From positions 105,710,001-105,774,000 of the forward strand of contig NC_042997.1 of assembly GCF_006345805.1 (NCBI RefSeq): a stretch of 64,000 bases of DNA, in the 5' to 3' direction. Below the pieces are notes generated by a model that did not search any database, was not told where the DNA came from, and saw only the letters and a list, made by a program, of their open reading frames with translations. The number at the start of each line of letters is the position of its first letter. Positions within the stretch are counted from its first letter, which is position 1. Origin of the DNA: Octopus sinensis. Its lineage: Eukaryota. A program made the translations under genes and the position numbers. Of this stretch, positions 40,161 to 52,983 are shown in pieces.

Positions 40161-41994
40161 CTTGTGGGCAATAAAGAAGAAAAAAAGGAAACCTGTCAAG
40201 ACAAGAACAACACGGGTCGAAAAGTCGGATGAGCCTAACGTAGGTTCAACGACAATCTAACAACAGCGAGGAAACTGAGAAATTCTGGAGATTAATGTCC
40301 AGCGTGCTGTAAAACTTGTGGGAGTAACACACATCTTATATTTTATGTCAAAGCACATCATTAGATGAAGACTACTCTCTCTACACCTACATCTGTGGTA
40401 TAATGATGTGGACGGTCTTGGCTCGCTAACCTTGGAAAGCAGCAAGACTTAAAGAAAGCTAACTCCGAGCTTAAGCCCGCATTACTTAAGAAAAGCTGTG
40501 ACAAGGCGAAGGTTAAAAGAGACAACATTGGCAATAAATCAGTCCCTATTCATAGCTAAGAAAACGTGAAGACACAACCACAAGGTAGTGGCAGTTGTGT
40601 CTATGCTCCCCGCCCGGATCTCGGCCAGGACGGTGAGTATATCCATTCATTCATATATTATAACCCTATGTCACGTACAGCTCTGTAGACAGAACACGTA
40701 TCACAATTCAAAGTGGCCGTTCGACTTTCTAGTGGAAAATAGCGACTAAATCTTCTTTAAATCATACATAGCAATTTAAGTATGGAATAGCATATAAATG
40801 TAGTTGTAAATACATGTAAAATGACAGGGTTATCGCAACTAGAATATCATCCATCATTGATATCCTGTCAGAATTGCCAGAACTACTCTAGAATAACAAA
40901 GATTACCACACGCCATCTTTATTTATTTGCTTTTTTTGTTTGTTTTTTCCTTTTGTTTTTGTTTTTTGTTGCTTTTTTTAGTCATTCAAATATTAATTAT
41001 TCCAATGACAAAAAGTTTGCCAAATATCATCGAATTCAGTGTAAATATAAATAGTTTCATGAAACGAAAATAATTCATTCAGAAAAGGCTTCGGATAGTA
41101 GGGGTCACAGTTTCTTTCTTTATGGTTAACACAGAAGATTTCTTGTATTACTTTATTATAAGTGCTATGCACAGTCTAAAGTCTAACTTGACATATTCAT
41201 CCCGGTGCTAAGATTTGTGCTGATGCTATGAATTGTAGAGCAGTTGTAGAGTGTTGCCCATGATAAATTAGTTCTGGTTTTATGTTTGTAATATTATCAA
41301 ACAGTTTCCTTCTGTAACCCTATTTTATTTTATTTCATTTCAACTTCAAGGAAATAGGGAGTCAGATAGAAAGATTAAGACACCAATAGATAGATAAATA
41401 GATTAAGTTTACAACGTCAGTGTGGTCAACACACTCGGCTCATTGACGCACCGTATTTTGGGACACTGATGTTTCGACATGTGTTGTCAACGAGAAACGA
41501 ATCCGTTGGGTTTGTTTATAATTTCAGCGAGCAAATCGTTTGCTGATTGGTATTTATACATGCCAAACTATAAAAATTCGTTATTTGCACCATGTATTGC
41601 GAGTTCTGGAACGGTTATTTGCATAGTTATTCATAACATGTCTAGGTGGTTTGAGACGCAAAATATAGTGGTCGCTGTTATTTAAATCATAGAGGAGTAA
41701 TTTCTCCATTTTACGACGAGAGAGTGTTCAATACACTGTGCTGCTGAAAAACGATATATTGAGACTCCGATGTTTCGATTGGCTGTGCACATGTATATAC
41801 CTTCATACACATACATGCATACATAGTACAAATACATACATAAATGGATACAAATAAGTGCTTATGTGCGTGCGTGTGTATGTGTTTGTGCGTGCGAAAT
41901 GGAAAAAGTAAATGATTTCATATATTTTAGGTAGTTTGATGCAAATAAGAACATTAAAAGTCGCACTATTAAAACACGGTCAGCTCTGTCTATG

Positions 41995-42420
41995 ATGGAC
42001 ATTTGGAAATCAAATCTAAACAGAGAGTTTAAGATCGGCTTCTTTCGAGCAACAATAGAACTGAGTTCTCATACGGCTGCACTGCATGGACTCTAAGACT
42101 CTGGAAAGAAAACCAGATGGAAAATACACAAGACTTCTGAGAGCAGCACATAACATCAAACAGTTGTCCTAGAAAAGAAACCAGATTCTTTATGGTAATC
42201 CTCCGAGAATTACCTTCACCATAAAGGAAGAAAGACAGATTCTGTTGATACTGCTTTTGTAGCGAAGATGAATAGTGAATTAAATGCTGATATGGGAAAC
42301 AACACAAGGAAAACGACCCTAAGAATTATCCGGCCAGGAAACTTATTGAGCAGTAGGTTGAAGATTCTGGTTTAATGAAGAGCAATCTACCAAGATCAAT
42401 GCTGGAAGGAGAATACTATA
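41995..42420 (+). mobile_element. Degenerate RTE/RTE-X LINE 3' fragment
   Basis: DIWKSNLNREFKIGFFRATIE..YGCTAWTL..DGKYTRLLRAA..LYGNPPRI..IWE..QGKR in broken frames. Confidence 0.7.
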
Positions 42421-43471
42421 GATAACTGTTTGATGCTGCTTGTTGCTATTTACGCGATGATGTTGATGATGTGTGCGTGAGTGAGTGAGAGAAAGGGAGA
42501 GAAAGAGAAGGAGAGAGAGAGACGGTTTCTCATAGGCTGTTGGTCAAATAGAGTTGAAGATATATGCCCAAACAAACATGCAGCATAGACGAAAACGAAA
42601 CCATATGATTGTGACGAAAAATGCTTTTGAAGAAAATAGATTAACTTATAGAATTTTAATTTAGAATATAGGGAGAGGCAAACATAAATAATAACCTCTA
42701 TCTTGAATTAGTTAATCGATTCGGCCAAGGTGGAAAAGAAAGTCTCAAACAAAAAGAATTTTAAGCGCATTGTGACCAGCGGTTTATAAAACTAACCAAT
42801 AGTTTTGTTGACAAAGGAGGTTCCAAATGATATGCCAATTATAATCTTTTCTACTATAGCCACAAGGTCAGATGTGCCAATTATAATGTCAAGATAACAT
42901 TGGTTAAAAAGACAACAACTGTCTGCTCCGTTCAATTTACCTCCCTATCTGAAATCTAGTTATTTAAAAGTGGCCGCAGTTTCTAACAACAACATCTCTA
43001 AACTACTGCATCTGTAGTATACATGACAGATATTGTATGCCCCAATATCTTCAAAAACAATCAAGCGTAAATATTTCACTGGCATTACAAATACTATAAA
43101 TCTTTAAACATCTCTTTCTTTTTAAACAAGATCATCATCATCAGCAGCAATAAGAAAAGGAAACTATAGATCAACATCAGCATTGAAAACAAAAATAAAA
43201 TACGAAATCACTAGATAGAGTGGAACTATAAATTGCCAAACAGAGAATCAGCTCGCTTTGAAAATTCAAAAGAGTTAATACTGATCTCCTACATAAAAAA
43301 GAAGAGCATAAGTTTTGTGGAAGCACATCGTTATTCATACGAAAATTAGTATCTAACTAATTTTTCCTAGTTATGATTTTAAACTGCATCCTGTGGTGGG
43401 AATCTAGTTCGGGTGATCCAGAGTTTTGAGGAATGTGGAACCAACTCTTAGCTATTATTGTTACTAGGTTA

Positions 43472-44085
43472 AGACGGCAGCTGCCAGAAACGTTAGCACG
43501 CCGGGCGAAATGCGTAGTCGTATTTCGTCTGCCGCTACGTTCTGAGTTCAAATTCCGCCGAGGTCGACTTTGCCTTTCATCGTTTCGAGGTCGATTAAAT
43601 AAGTACCAGTTACGCACTGGGGTCGATATAATCGACTTAATCCATTTTTCTGTCCTTTTTTGTCCTCTCTGTTTAGCTCCATGTGGGTAGTAAAGAAAAA
43701 GGTATTTCGTTTGCCTTTATGTTCTGAGTTCAAATTCCGCCGTGGTCGACTTTGCCTTTCATCCTTTCAGGGTCGATAAAATTAAGTACCAGTTACGGAC
43801 TGGGGTCGATGTAATCGACCTAATCTCTTTGTTTGTCCTTGTTTACCCTTCTATATTTAGTCCCTTATGGGCAATAATGAAATAAGAAACGTTAGCACAC
43901 CGCGCGAAATGCTTAGCGGTATTTCGTTTGCCTTTATGTTCTGAGTTCAAATTCCGCCGAGGTCGACTTTGCTTTTCATCCTTTCGGGGTCGATAAATTA
44001 AGTGCCATTGCGTACTGGAGTCGATCTAATCGACAGGACCCCTCCCCAAAAATTTCGGGCCTTGCGCCTAGACTAGAAAAGATTA
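43472..44085 (+). mobile_element. Trimeric SINE
   Basis: Three GAGTTCAAATTCCGCC..GTCGACTTTGC monomers, with junctions at ~43685-43705 and ~43875-43895; tail CTAGACTAGAAAAG. Confidence 0.92.
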
Positions 44086-45554
44086 TTGTTCCAAGTTCTA
44101 TCATGACCCGGAGTTGTAACACCTGTCAAGATTCTAGCTATGGGTAAACTAACATGTCACAGAATTGACTCCGGAAGGTCAATCACAGATACCCTAATGA
44201 TCTCAGAGCAGATGAGCTCTTTTAACCCTTTAGCTGTTCGTCTAAGAGAAGGTAACTCTATACAAATCGTGCCTCCTTGTAACAACTGGATGTGTAGCAC
44301 TTATTGCACAAACTATAAGGATATTATTTATTGTGCAGGTTGTTCAGCAAAACCATGACACCAGCATGAACAACATCACACTTTTTCATGAGTCCAGTAG
44401 AGACGACGTAACAAATCATTAAACTAAGGTCACTGACCGGCTGTGTCATGCCGAATACTCATTCGTGGAAGCGACGTGAGAGAAAGGGTCCCGCAATTGA
44501 TAACACTTTAGTTTATTGACCATTGTAGGAGGAAAGACAAATTCGACAATAGCGAGATTTGAACCTTGCGTTAAGTATCCACTTGCAGCTCATGTTAAGA
44601 CTGATTCATCCGCTATTGATATGATAAAACAGTGATCAAAAAATCATTGGTGTTGCAATTAGTCAGCAAACTGAATCAAATCTGTTATGAGAGACAGGAG
44701 CATAATAATTAGAAGTAGTAATCTGTGCATCATACTTAAGGTAGCTACATTGTTGAAAGCCATATTAACTGTGGTATTCGTTTCGAGAAAATATTTCTTA
44801 TAGATGTATAGTGTTTAAGAATGTGGAAATATATCAGTAGTAGAAGAGAATCTTTCAGCAGCAGTGGTTACATTGGTAAATACCTATGTGTGTGAGTATG
44901 GGTGGGTGTCTGAGTGTGCATATGTGTGTGTGTGCGTGTGCGTTGGTGCGTATCGTCTTTTTCACACTCAATTCACTTTTCCTTTTGCACGATGCTGACT
45001 GAGAATGATTAGTTGAGAATGATTTGTTCGGCTGGGTGGCCTTCATGTCCTCAACCCTCTTTGTTTTCAAACAACATATTTCTTTCACGACCGGGCATGT
45101 TTATGTGTGTGCGTGCGTGCATACGTGTGTGTGTGTGTGTGCGTGTACACGCATGCGTGTGATGCAAGAAATATAACAGTCGTTCTGCTGATAGTTGTTG
45201 TGGAAGGAGAATTGTAGGTGATAGCAATGTTGGTAATCATAAACATAGTACTGGTAATAATAATTTTGGTGGAGGTGGTGGTGGTGATGGTGGTGGTTGT
45301 CACAAGAATTATGCTGATGGTTATAATGATGATGATAGTCGTAGTAGCTGCGCGATAGTGGTTGTACTTGTTGATATGATCATCATCTGTTGTGATGAAA
45401 GTTATGTATGTCAAAAGATGGAGTTTGAACAGTAGCAATCCGTATGATTACATTGGTCGACATCACAAGTACCTCGTACCTTTGGACATGATGGGATGGC
45501 GGCGGCGGTGGTGTTGTGCCAATGGTAGTGATAACATTGGTGATATTCATATTA

Positions 45555-46350
45555 CTGATACTTCATGCCGGACAAAGTGCTCAGCGGCATTTGTTTCAGA
45601 TGCTCAGCGTCTTTGCTTCAGATTCCACCGAGGTTGGTTTTGCCATTCATCTTTCCGGGGGTCAATAAAATAAGTACCAGTTGAACACTGGGGCCGATGT
45701 AATCAACTTATCATCCACCTCTCCCAAAATTACTGATCCAAAATTTGAAATCAATATTACTACTGCTTCGGGCTGGGTAAAATGCTTAGCGGCATTTCAT
45801 CCGTCTTTACGTTCCGAGTTTAAATTCTGAGGAGGTGGACTTTGCCTTTCGATCTTTCAGAATCGATAAAATAAGTACCAGTTGAACATTGGGGTCGATG
45901 TGATCAACTTATCCCCTCTCCCAAAATTGCTAACGTTGTGTCAAAATTAGAAATCACTATTACTCCTACTTCATGCCGGACAAAAGGCTTAGCAGTATTT
46001 CAGCTTTGCCTTTCCTCTTTCTAGGGTCGATAAAAGAAGTACCAGTTGAATACTGGGGTCGATGTGCTCAACTCATCTCTTCCTCTAAAATTGCTAACCT
46101 TGTAGTGCCAAAATTTTAAACTAATTTTAAACCGGCCTGAAGTATTGTTACTTCATGCCGGGCAAAATGCTTAACGAGCGACATTACGTCCGTCTTTATT
46201 TCCTAAATCCAAATGCAACCGAGATACACTTTGCCTTTCATCCTTCGGGATCGATAAAATAATTACCAGTTATGCACTAGGGTCGCGGTAATCAACTTAC
46301 CCCCTCCCCGAACTTGCTGGCCTTGTGCCAAACTGTGAAACCAATATTGC
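45555..46350 (+). repeat. Tandem array of four ~200-bp degenerate SINE monomers
   Basis: Unit heads (A/G)CTTC..GC(C/T)GG at 45560, 45765, 45968 and 46150; each unit has AAGTACCAGTTGAA..GGGGTCGATG and ends near CCAAAATT..AAA.CAATATT. Confidence 0.85.
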
Positions 46351-47750
46351 TACAATTTATGTTAGAGTAGGTGGTGACAATGAAATGCCGTGTATATCAT
46401 TTCATTACACATACACACACATACACACACACATGCATACACGCGCATACATATGTATATTTCCATTTTCTTTTTATTTGTTTATTACTTCATTTTCTTC
46501 TATTTGTATCACTTTTGCAAAACACTAATTTATTTTTCCCTTGATAAATGAAACTCTTTATAAACATTAGAGACTTTTGTATAACTTTGCTTTAAACAAA
46601 GACGTAATTATTTAGTAATGATTTGTTGTTCTTGTGGTCGTTGCTGATATTGTTCTTCTTCTTCTTCATCTTCTTCTTCATCTTCTTCTTCGTCTTCTTC
46701 CTAACATTTTGTTTATTTATTTAGTTATACATTTTCTCTCTTTTTTATTTTTGTACTTTACTTCTTAATAAGCCTTGCGTCAATCAAATAGCAACGTTCT
46801 GGGAATGAAACTTAATTAACAATTATAAATAGCAATTGATAATTTATTGCTGTTCAACTTTATTTCGTAAACAAAATGAAATATAAAAAACAAACAATAA
46901 TGATAATTTTAAAAATAAGGGAAAAGGGTAGAAAAATAAGTGATGACGTGTATTCAGAGCGTTCTCTACACTGAAGGTTAGGGGGTAGTTAAACTGAGCG
47001 ACTGCTTTGTTGAGTGTGAAAAGGTATATGTGTGTAGGAGATACTGTTTAGAACTGTGGGAGAAAAAACTAAAATCACAGAATACTGATGTAAACCTTTC
47101 AATATTTCAAAATTTATATTTTCAATTGATAATGTGACTGGGTGGTAATAAATAATACGGAATTCCTGAATTCAAAAATCAACAAAAAATTTTAAAGGTA
47201 TTTAGAATATGTCTGTGTAAGAGGATAGAACGATAGCTAAGCTAAAAGTCGGTGTTATATATCCCCGTGTTTGGTCCATAATTAGTAGAATTGAGCACTC
47301 TGTAACCAAATGACTATCACTGTACCCCCTCTCTCTCTCTATCTATCTACCTATCTCTAGCTATCTATTTATCTATCTATCTCTCCCGACACACACTTTA
47401 TCTATCTATCTCTTTATCTTCCTCGTTTCTCTATCTATCTATCTATCTATCTGTATCCACCTCTATATGTCTATCTCCCTCTGTTTATCTATCTGTATCT
47501 ATCTCTATCTGCCTATCAAACATACATAAACACACACACGTACACACAAACGCACCTACACACACACATTATACTTTTAAAAGAAGACCTGAGACAGTAG
47601 CGTCGACGTTTCGGCCCGCTAGCCATCGTCTGACATTATCATGAACACTTCTGGGTCGAAACCTCGAAATCACTCTCACCACGCATCTTACAATAGATAT
47701 GTTCTCTACAAAAACATTGGGTAAGTTGTCGGGTAAATGACAAATTGTTC

Positions 47751-47794
<44 letters not shown>

Positions 47795-47797
47795 TAT

Positions 47798-47828
<31 letters not shown>

Positions 47829-47829
47829 C

Positions 47830-47864
<35 letters not shown>

Positions 47865-50227
47865 TATATAAAAGGTAAAGTCGACCTCGGCAGAATTTAA
47901 ACTCAGAACATTTGGCTGGCGATCTAATGATTCTGTGAGATCGCCGCCTAATATATATATATTCCTCCATCCCAATCGAATGGCTAAATTACTTTTGAAA
48001 GAAATGGGAATAACGTATCTCGGCTAATGATATGGAAATTAATAGATGAACAAGGTTCGTGTTACATAATTCCATGTTGCGGCAAAACTCGGGAAAAATT
48101 TATTCTGTAACACGAGCGATACACTCACACATATATATATATAATTCTCAATTTAAGCTCCCTTATGAATTTTTTAATTTATTTTCCCTTTGTGTTTTGC
48201 TTTTGCTACTGTTTTGGAATCGATGAGCTCATATTACAGTTTCGTATTATTTGCCATAGTTCTATGTCCAATATCTAGGAGAACCTGTTTGATTCTAATA
48301 TGTCGTTTGGTGGCAGACGTGGCAAATGACCTCTGACGGGATTCTAATACAAAGCAAACATGAACATTTGCATTAGGCTTCTGTATAAATGTTTATCCAG
48401 AATCACGTTTTACTGTACTCAATTTACAATTACAAATACAACTAGAACTACTATATGTATTTGTGTGTGTGCGTGAGTGAGTGTGTGTGTCTGTGTGTGC
48501 GCGTGTGTGTGTGTTTGTGTGTGCATGTGTGTGTGTCATTGTTTCCACACTCAGTTCACTTTCTCTTCTGCAGGGTGCTGACTGAATTCGTTGAGAGAGA
48601 TTTTATTCGGCTGGATGTCACTCCTGTCGCTAACCCTCTTTGTTTTCGAACAACATATTCCCTCCACGACCGGATATGTTTTCATAGAAGAATGGAAAAT
48701 TGAAAATTGGAAAGAAATGACACTGCTTGTATGACGACAAACTCACAGATAATCATGGTTTATTCACGGGATGTCCGACCGATGTGGCACAAACATACAT
48801 ACATGTGTGTATGTTTCCATTTCCAAGGCAGGAATTACAACCGTGTTTGGGTCGAAGTTTCAGTAGAAGGTCCAAGGTGCCAAGTAGTAAGACTGAACCC
48901 GAATCTACGTGGTTAGGAAGCAAACTTCTCGATCATACAGTCATGTGTGTGCGTGCTCGTGTGTGTGTGTGTGTGTGTGGTGTGTGTGTGTGGCGTGTGT
49001 GCGTGTGTATCTGGATAGATAAACACAGAGAAATAGAAACAGAGAGAGCACGCGTGTGTCTTAAGTGTTTTCTTTTTTTTACGCGTGTACATGTGTATTT
49101 TTTCCTGCATAAATTTTGGTGTATATTCGTTGATGCATCTGTCCATCTGTATATATCTATGCATGGTTTTATATGCTCATATGTCTGTGCGTACGCATAT
49201 ATCTCTGTGTGGATATCTTGGGAAATATGAGTGTCTATATCTGTGATTCTTTGACTGTGTACATCGCTGTCTGGTCTGTGTGCGTGATTGGTTACATTTC
49301 TCTGAGTGTAAGAGAGTCTGCACGACTCTGTGCACGTCCGTGTGTGTGTCTAAGTCTGTATGTGCAACTTTCTGCAGAGCTACGACGAGTGCATGTGTTA
49401 ATCTCTGCGTTTGAGCGTGAGCACTATTAAGTGGGTGGCATATTTTATTCCCTTAAACACTCTTGCCTTGGGCTGTATTCTAATCTAGATAGGAATTGCG
49501 GTTTTGTCATGTTGGCTATTTCACACTATTAACCACTCCTTCCAACATCAAAGAAGAGTCAAATGATGAGATGTATTCTTGTGTATTGTTGTTATTTTTA
49601 TTCAATATTAGAATGCGTCATGCTTCTACTGCTACTGCTGCTGATGATGATGATGATGATGATCACGCTAATGATGATGATGCCGATGGTGATGCTAGTG
49701 GTGATGGTCTTTTATTTTCATCGTTCTGTTTATTGTTTAATTTGTTTATTTAATTTTTGTTTTTGTTTTACTTTTTCAAATATTGTATCATTCTTTACTA
49801 TGAGTGCAAAGATTTAGAATTAATAATTCAATGTTTCGTTCGTCTTCAAGTGGAGGGAAATATATTTTACTGTTAAAAGTATATATTATTTATATACTGG
49901 CCATAGCCTAATGACTGACACAAGTTAAAGGAAGAAGGAAAAGGTGTGTCTGAAATTTTACTTTTCTTCTGAAGGTTCAGCTTATTGTATCTCCAGCTGC
50001 TTTTTAATAGTTATCTTACCTCCATCCTATTACTTCTATTTCTGTGGTTCAGTCAATCAGTTTCTCACACTTATAGTGATATTAAACACCTATGTAGACT
50101 CAACACAACAATTCAGTCTACCTGTTCTAGCAACCAAATTGTCATCAAACCATAACTATTGTCTTTATAACAGGAGCAAAACATCGAGTAATGTTGGCCG
50201 ATCTACACTATGATATGTTGCACCCTA

Positions 50228-50570
50228 TATAGCTATAAACAAGGTTCATTCCAGAAATTTTGAGATTTTTTTCGGGAGAGACATTTATTTTCAGGGAAGT
50301 ACAAAACTCTTATCACTTTCAAAGCATGTTCTTCTGACTTCAAACCATTTGTCGTAGCGCTCCAGCTATTTCGTGAAGGGTCTATAGCAGTCCTCCAAAA
50401 TAAAAGTTACCTGCGCTCTTGTCACGCCGCCATCTCCTCAGTATTTTGAAAACAACTGCCCCTGACGTTCTCCTTCATCTTGGGAATCAACAAAAAGTTA
50501 CGGGAAGCAAGGTTTGGATTCTAGGAAATTAGGATGACAGTCTTGATGTTTATCTCTGTCAAGTTGGTCA
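50228..50570 (-). mobile_element. Mariner 3' fragment
   Basis: The minus strand is a decayed (YSPDLAP)..LFP.MKENVRGSCF..VTRAQVTF.LED..F.K.LERYDK.FEVR.TCFESD C-terminus plus 3' flank. Confidence 0.65.
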
Positions 50571-50574
50571 TTAC

Positions 50575-50769
50575 CAAAATGGAATTCTGACAATCTGTAG
50601 ATTGCACAGTGCTGCGCAAACATTTTTCACTTCAAAATTCGGTGGCATACCCGAACTAAAAATATAACTAAAAGTATAGGGGAAAAAAATATTCAAGTTA
50701 GACTGCGGCACACCTAGCATCGTATCGTGGCACACAAGTGTATCGTGGCATGCCGGTTGCGGAGCACTG
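50575..50769 (+). mobile_element. Possible hAT-type MITE right end
   Basis: GCGGCACACCTAG..GTGGCACACAAGTG..CCGGTTGCGGAGCACTG resembles hAT/Charlie-like ends (reverse complement CAGTGCT..CAACC); matching left TIR not found. Confidence 0.4.
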
Positions 50770-50928
50770 AGGTAATAGGCTGCGACGAGCAGTGTTGAGT
50801 AGGGCATATTAAAAGTGCTGTTACAGCTGTCTCCTTCAGTCTAGAATACAAAATATTGCCGGTTCAGTTTTTTTAACTGTATAGTAACGATATACTAAAA
50901 TTCCAATAAGCTAGGACAGTTATAACTG

Positions 50929-51132
50929 CAGTGATCCCTCACCATATCGCGGTTTATTATTTAAGCGTATGTCGATTCTTCCGTGGTGTTGTTTTGCACT
51001 TACAATAAAATAAGTATATACAAATTATAATAGTAAACAAATATACGATTCAGTGCTGTTTCTACTTTGCGGATTTTCACCTATTGCGGTGTGTTTTGGA
51101 ACGTAACACCTGCGATAGTCGAGGGATTACTG
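50929..51132. mobile_element. Tigger/pogo-like MITE
   Basis: Left CAGTGATCCCTCACCATATCGCGG vs right reverse complement CAGTAATCCCTCGACTATCGCAGG; TA follows at 51133-51134 (the left TA reads TG). Confidence 0.75.
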
Positions 51133-51677
51133 TATATCTACTAAGAAAGTCTCAAAATCTTCTGGAATACACTTTGTATTTTAGCTAATATTGTAATGTA
51201 ATAGATAGATGTGAATACATTTTAATCACATTATCTTAATATTTGATCGAAAAAACATAAAATATTAATTTAATAGATTAAAATACCGCAATGGTTCGAA
51301 TGTGTATTATCATTTTTGTTCTCTATTAGGATATCGGGACTGATCTGGTCTAAACATTAACAATACACATGCAAGTCAGGCCTGTAATACATTGTAAAGT
51401 TTTTCTTCTGCACACAATACAATTTATAACCATCACCCATTATCTCACCTTAACATTTAAAATAAATATGTATATAGTTTTTTTCCTTTTCCTTTTCTTT
51501 TTTTGCCTTTTTCCTTCTGGGACCCGTGCATGCATAGAAAACCATGAAGACGCAATTCAAATGGCTTTTACAAGATGCATTAAGATGAACAAATATGCTG
51601 ATGTACGAGAATGATTCATGGTGCTATATATATATATACGTAAAATGTGAACGCAGCGGAGGCGGCTGTAGAAGGGA

Positions 51678-51740
51678 GGAGCGCCGGAGACGGAGCGCCG
51701 GAGACGGAGCGCCGGAGACGGAGCGCCGGAGACGGAGCGC
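51678..51740 (+). repeat. 14-bp GC-rich tandem repeat x4.5
   Basis: (GGAGCGCCGGAGAC)4 followed by GGAGCGC, perfect copies. Confidence 0.97.
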
Positions 51741-52075
51741 TTTCGCGAGGACCGGGATGGACAGGAGAGAGTAGAGGAGGGCGAGCTATCTGTCGACGAC
51801 GAGCACGGGCACGTGCAGGCGCCCGTCGACATCCGCCAGTTGTGGTCGAGGGCACGACAGCGCGGCGGACAGCCACTCGGCCGACCAGCTCGTACCCCTT
51901 ATAGTTGTTTGATCTCCACTGGGAGAGCACGACCACAGTTTAATCCCTTTCCACTCCGTTCTGCTCCGCATACTGAGAATTATTGCATACAAATGTTCCT
52001 AACCGAGAAGAACCAAGGCTGCAATTCCTGAAGCTATCATAGACCGTCAGCGTGGTCTTTAACTTTTCTGTCTGT

Positions 52076-52935
52076 TAATAATAATAATGATGATGATGAT
52101 TTCATTTATTTGCCACAAGGGTGATGGATGAGGAGCACAGTACAACGACGGACATAAAGTTTGGGGGTTTACATATAATGAAATGATAAGAAAAAATAAA
52201 GTAAGTATACACGGTACACACTGAAAAAGAAGGGACATATGCATAGCGTACAAATTTAAAGAATAAGATGATAGAGCTATGGCCCTCCTGATACAGAAAG
52301 GCCTCCAGGGATATTCGAGGAACCCCGCTGACCAAGATTTCCTGAAACCCAAGAGCAAGTGTCCTCTCCTATTCCTTCTCTCCGACTCTCAGGTATACAC
52401 TAAGAGAAATACCATCCACTGTTGCCTTTTTCGCAACTTTCATCCAACTTTCAATAAATTCACTCGAGGACAGCGGTTTCCTCTCGATCCACAATTTCCT
52501 TTTCAAGTGAACCTTGAAGAAGTCAATGATAGCTCTACCAAAGAGAAATGTATCTGTCCTCGTGCCTTTCAGCCTTGTCCACTTAGAATTCAGCCTCTTT
52601 CGCCACAATCATCAGGCAAAGGAAAACTGCCTTGCCTTCCCGAGTTAATGCGGGCAGCGGTGCGATCATCACTACAGACTCAACCGACAGACATGCAGAA
52701 CGGTTTTGTCACTCTGCGCGCACCACGGAAAACCCATCTGACAGCACATTCATGCCTGTAAATTTTATCTCGAACTGGTAGCGCCACCCTCTCCGCCGGT
52801 AGCACTGCCAGGCCAAGGTCATCTGGGAATTAACCATGATAGTTTCCGACCGGAAAGTCCCCGGGACAGACTAGCCAGTTCGTTCACGTCGGCGCCCAGA
52901 ATCTCCCCGAGAACGTCGTCGCACTTCCCGCCACT
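52076..52935 (-). mobile_element. 5'-truncated L1/Tx1-type LINE (ORF2 C-terminal Zn region, 3' UTR, polyA signal, triplet tail)
   Basis: Broken minus frames give LAWQCYR..LPVRDKIYRH..CAQSDKTVLH..VFLCLMIVAKE..WTRLKG..FFKVHLKRKLWIERK..FIESWMKVA. AATAAA at 52105-52110 (minus) is followed by an (ATC)n(ATT)n tail. Confidence 0.75.
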
Positions 52936-52983
52936 AATCCTCTATAAATTTCTCAAGAAGAACATCCAATAATAATAATAATT

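Noticed and set aside
52279-52761. 160-aa plus-strand ORF
   Set aside because: Antisense shadow of the minus-strand Tx1-like LINE fragment.
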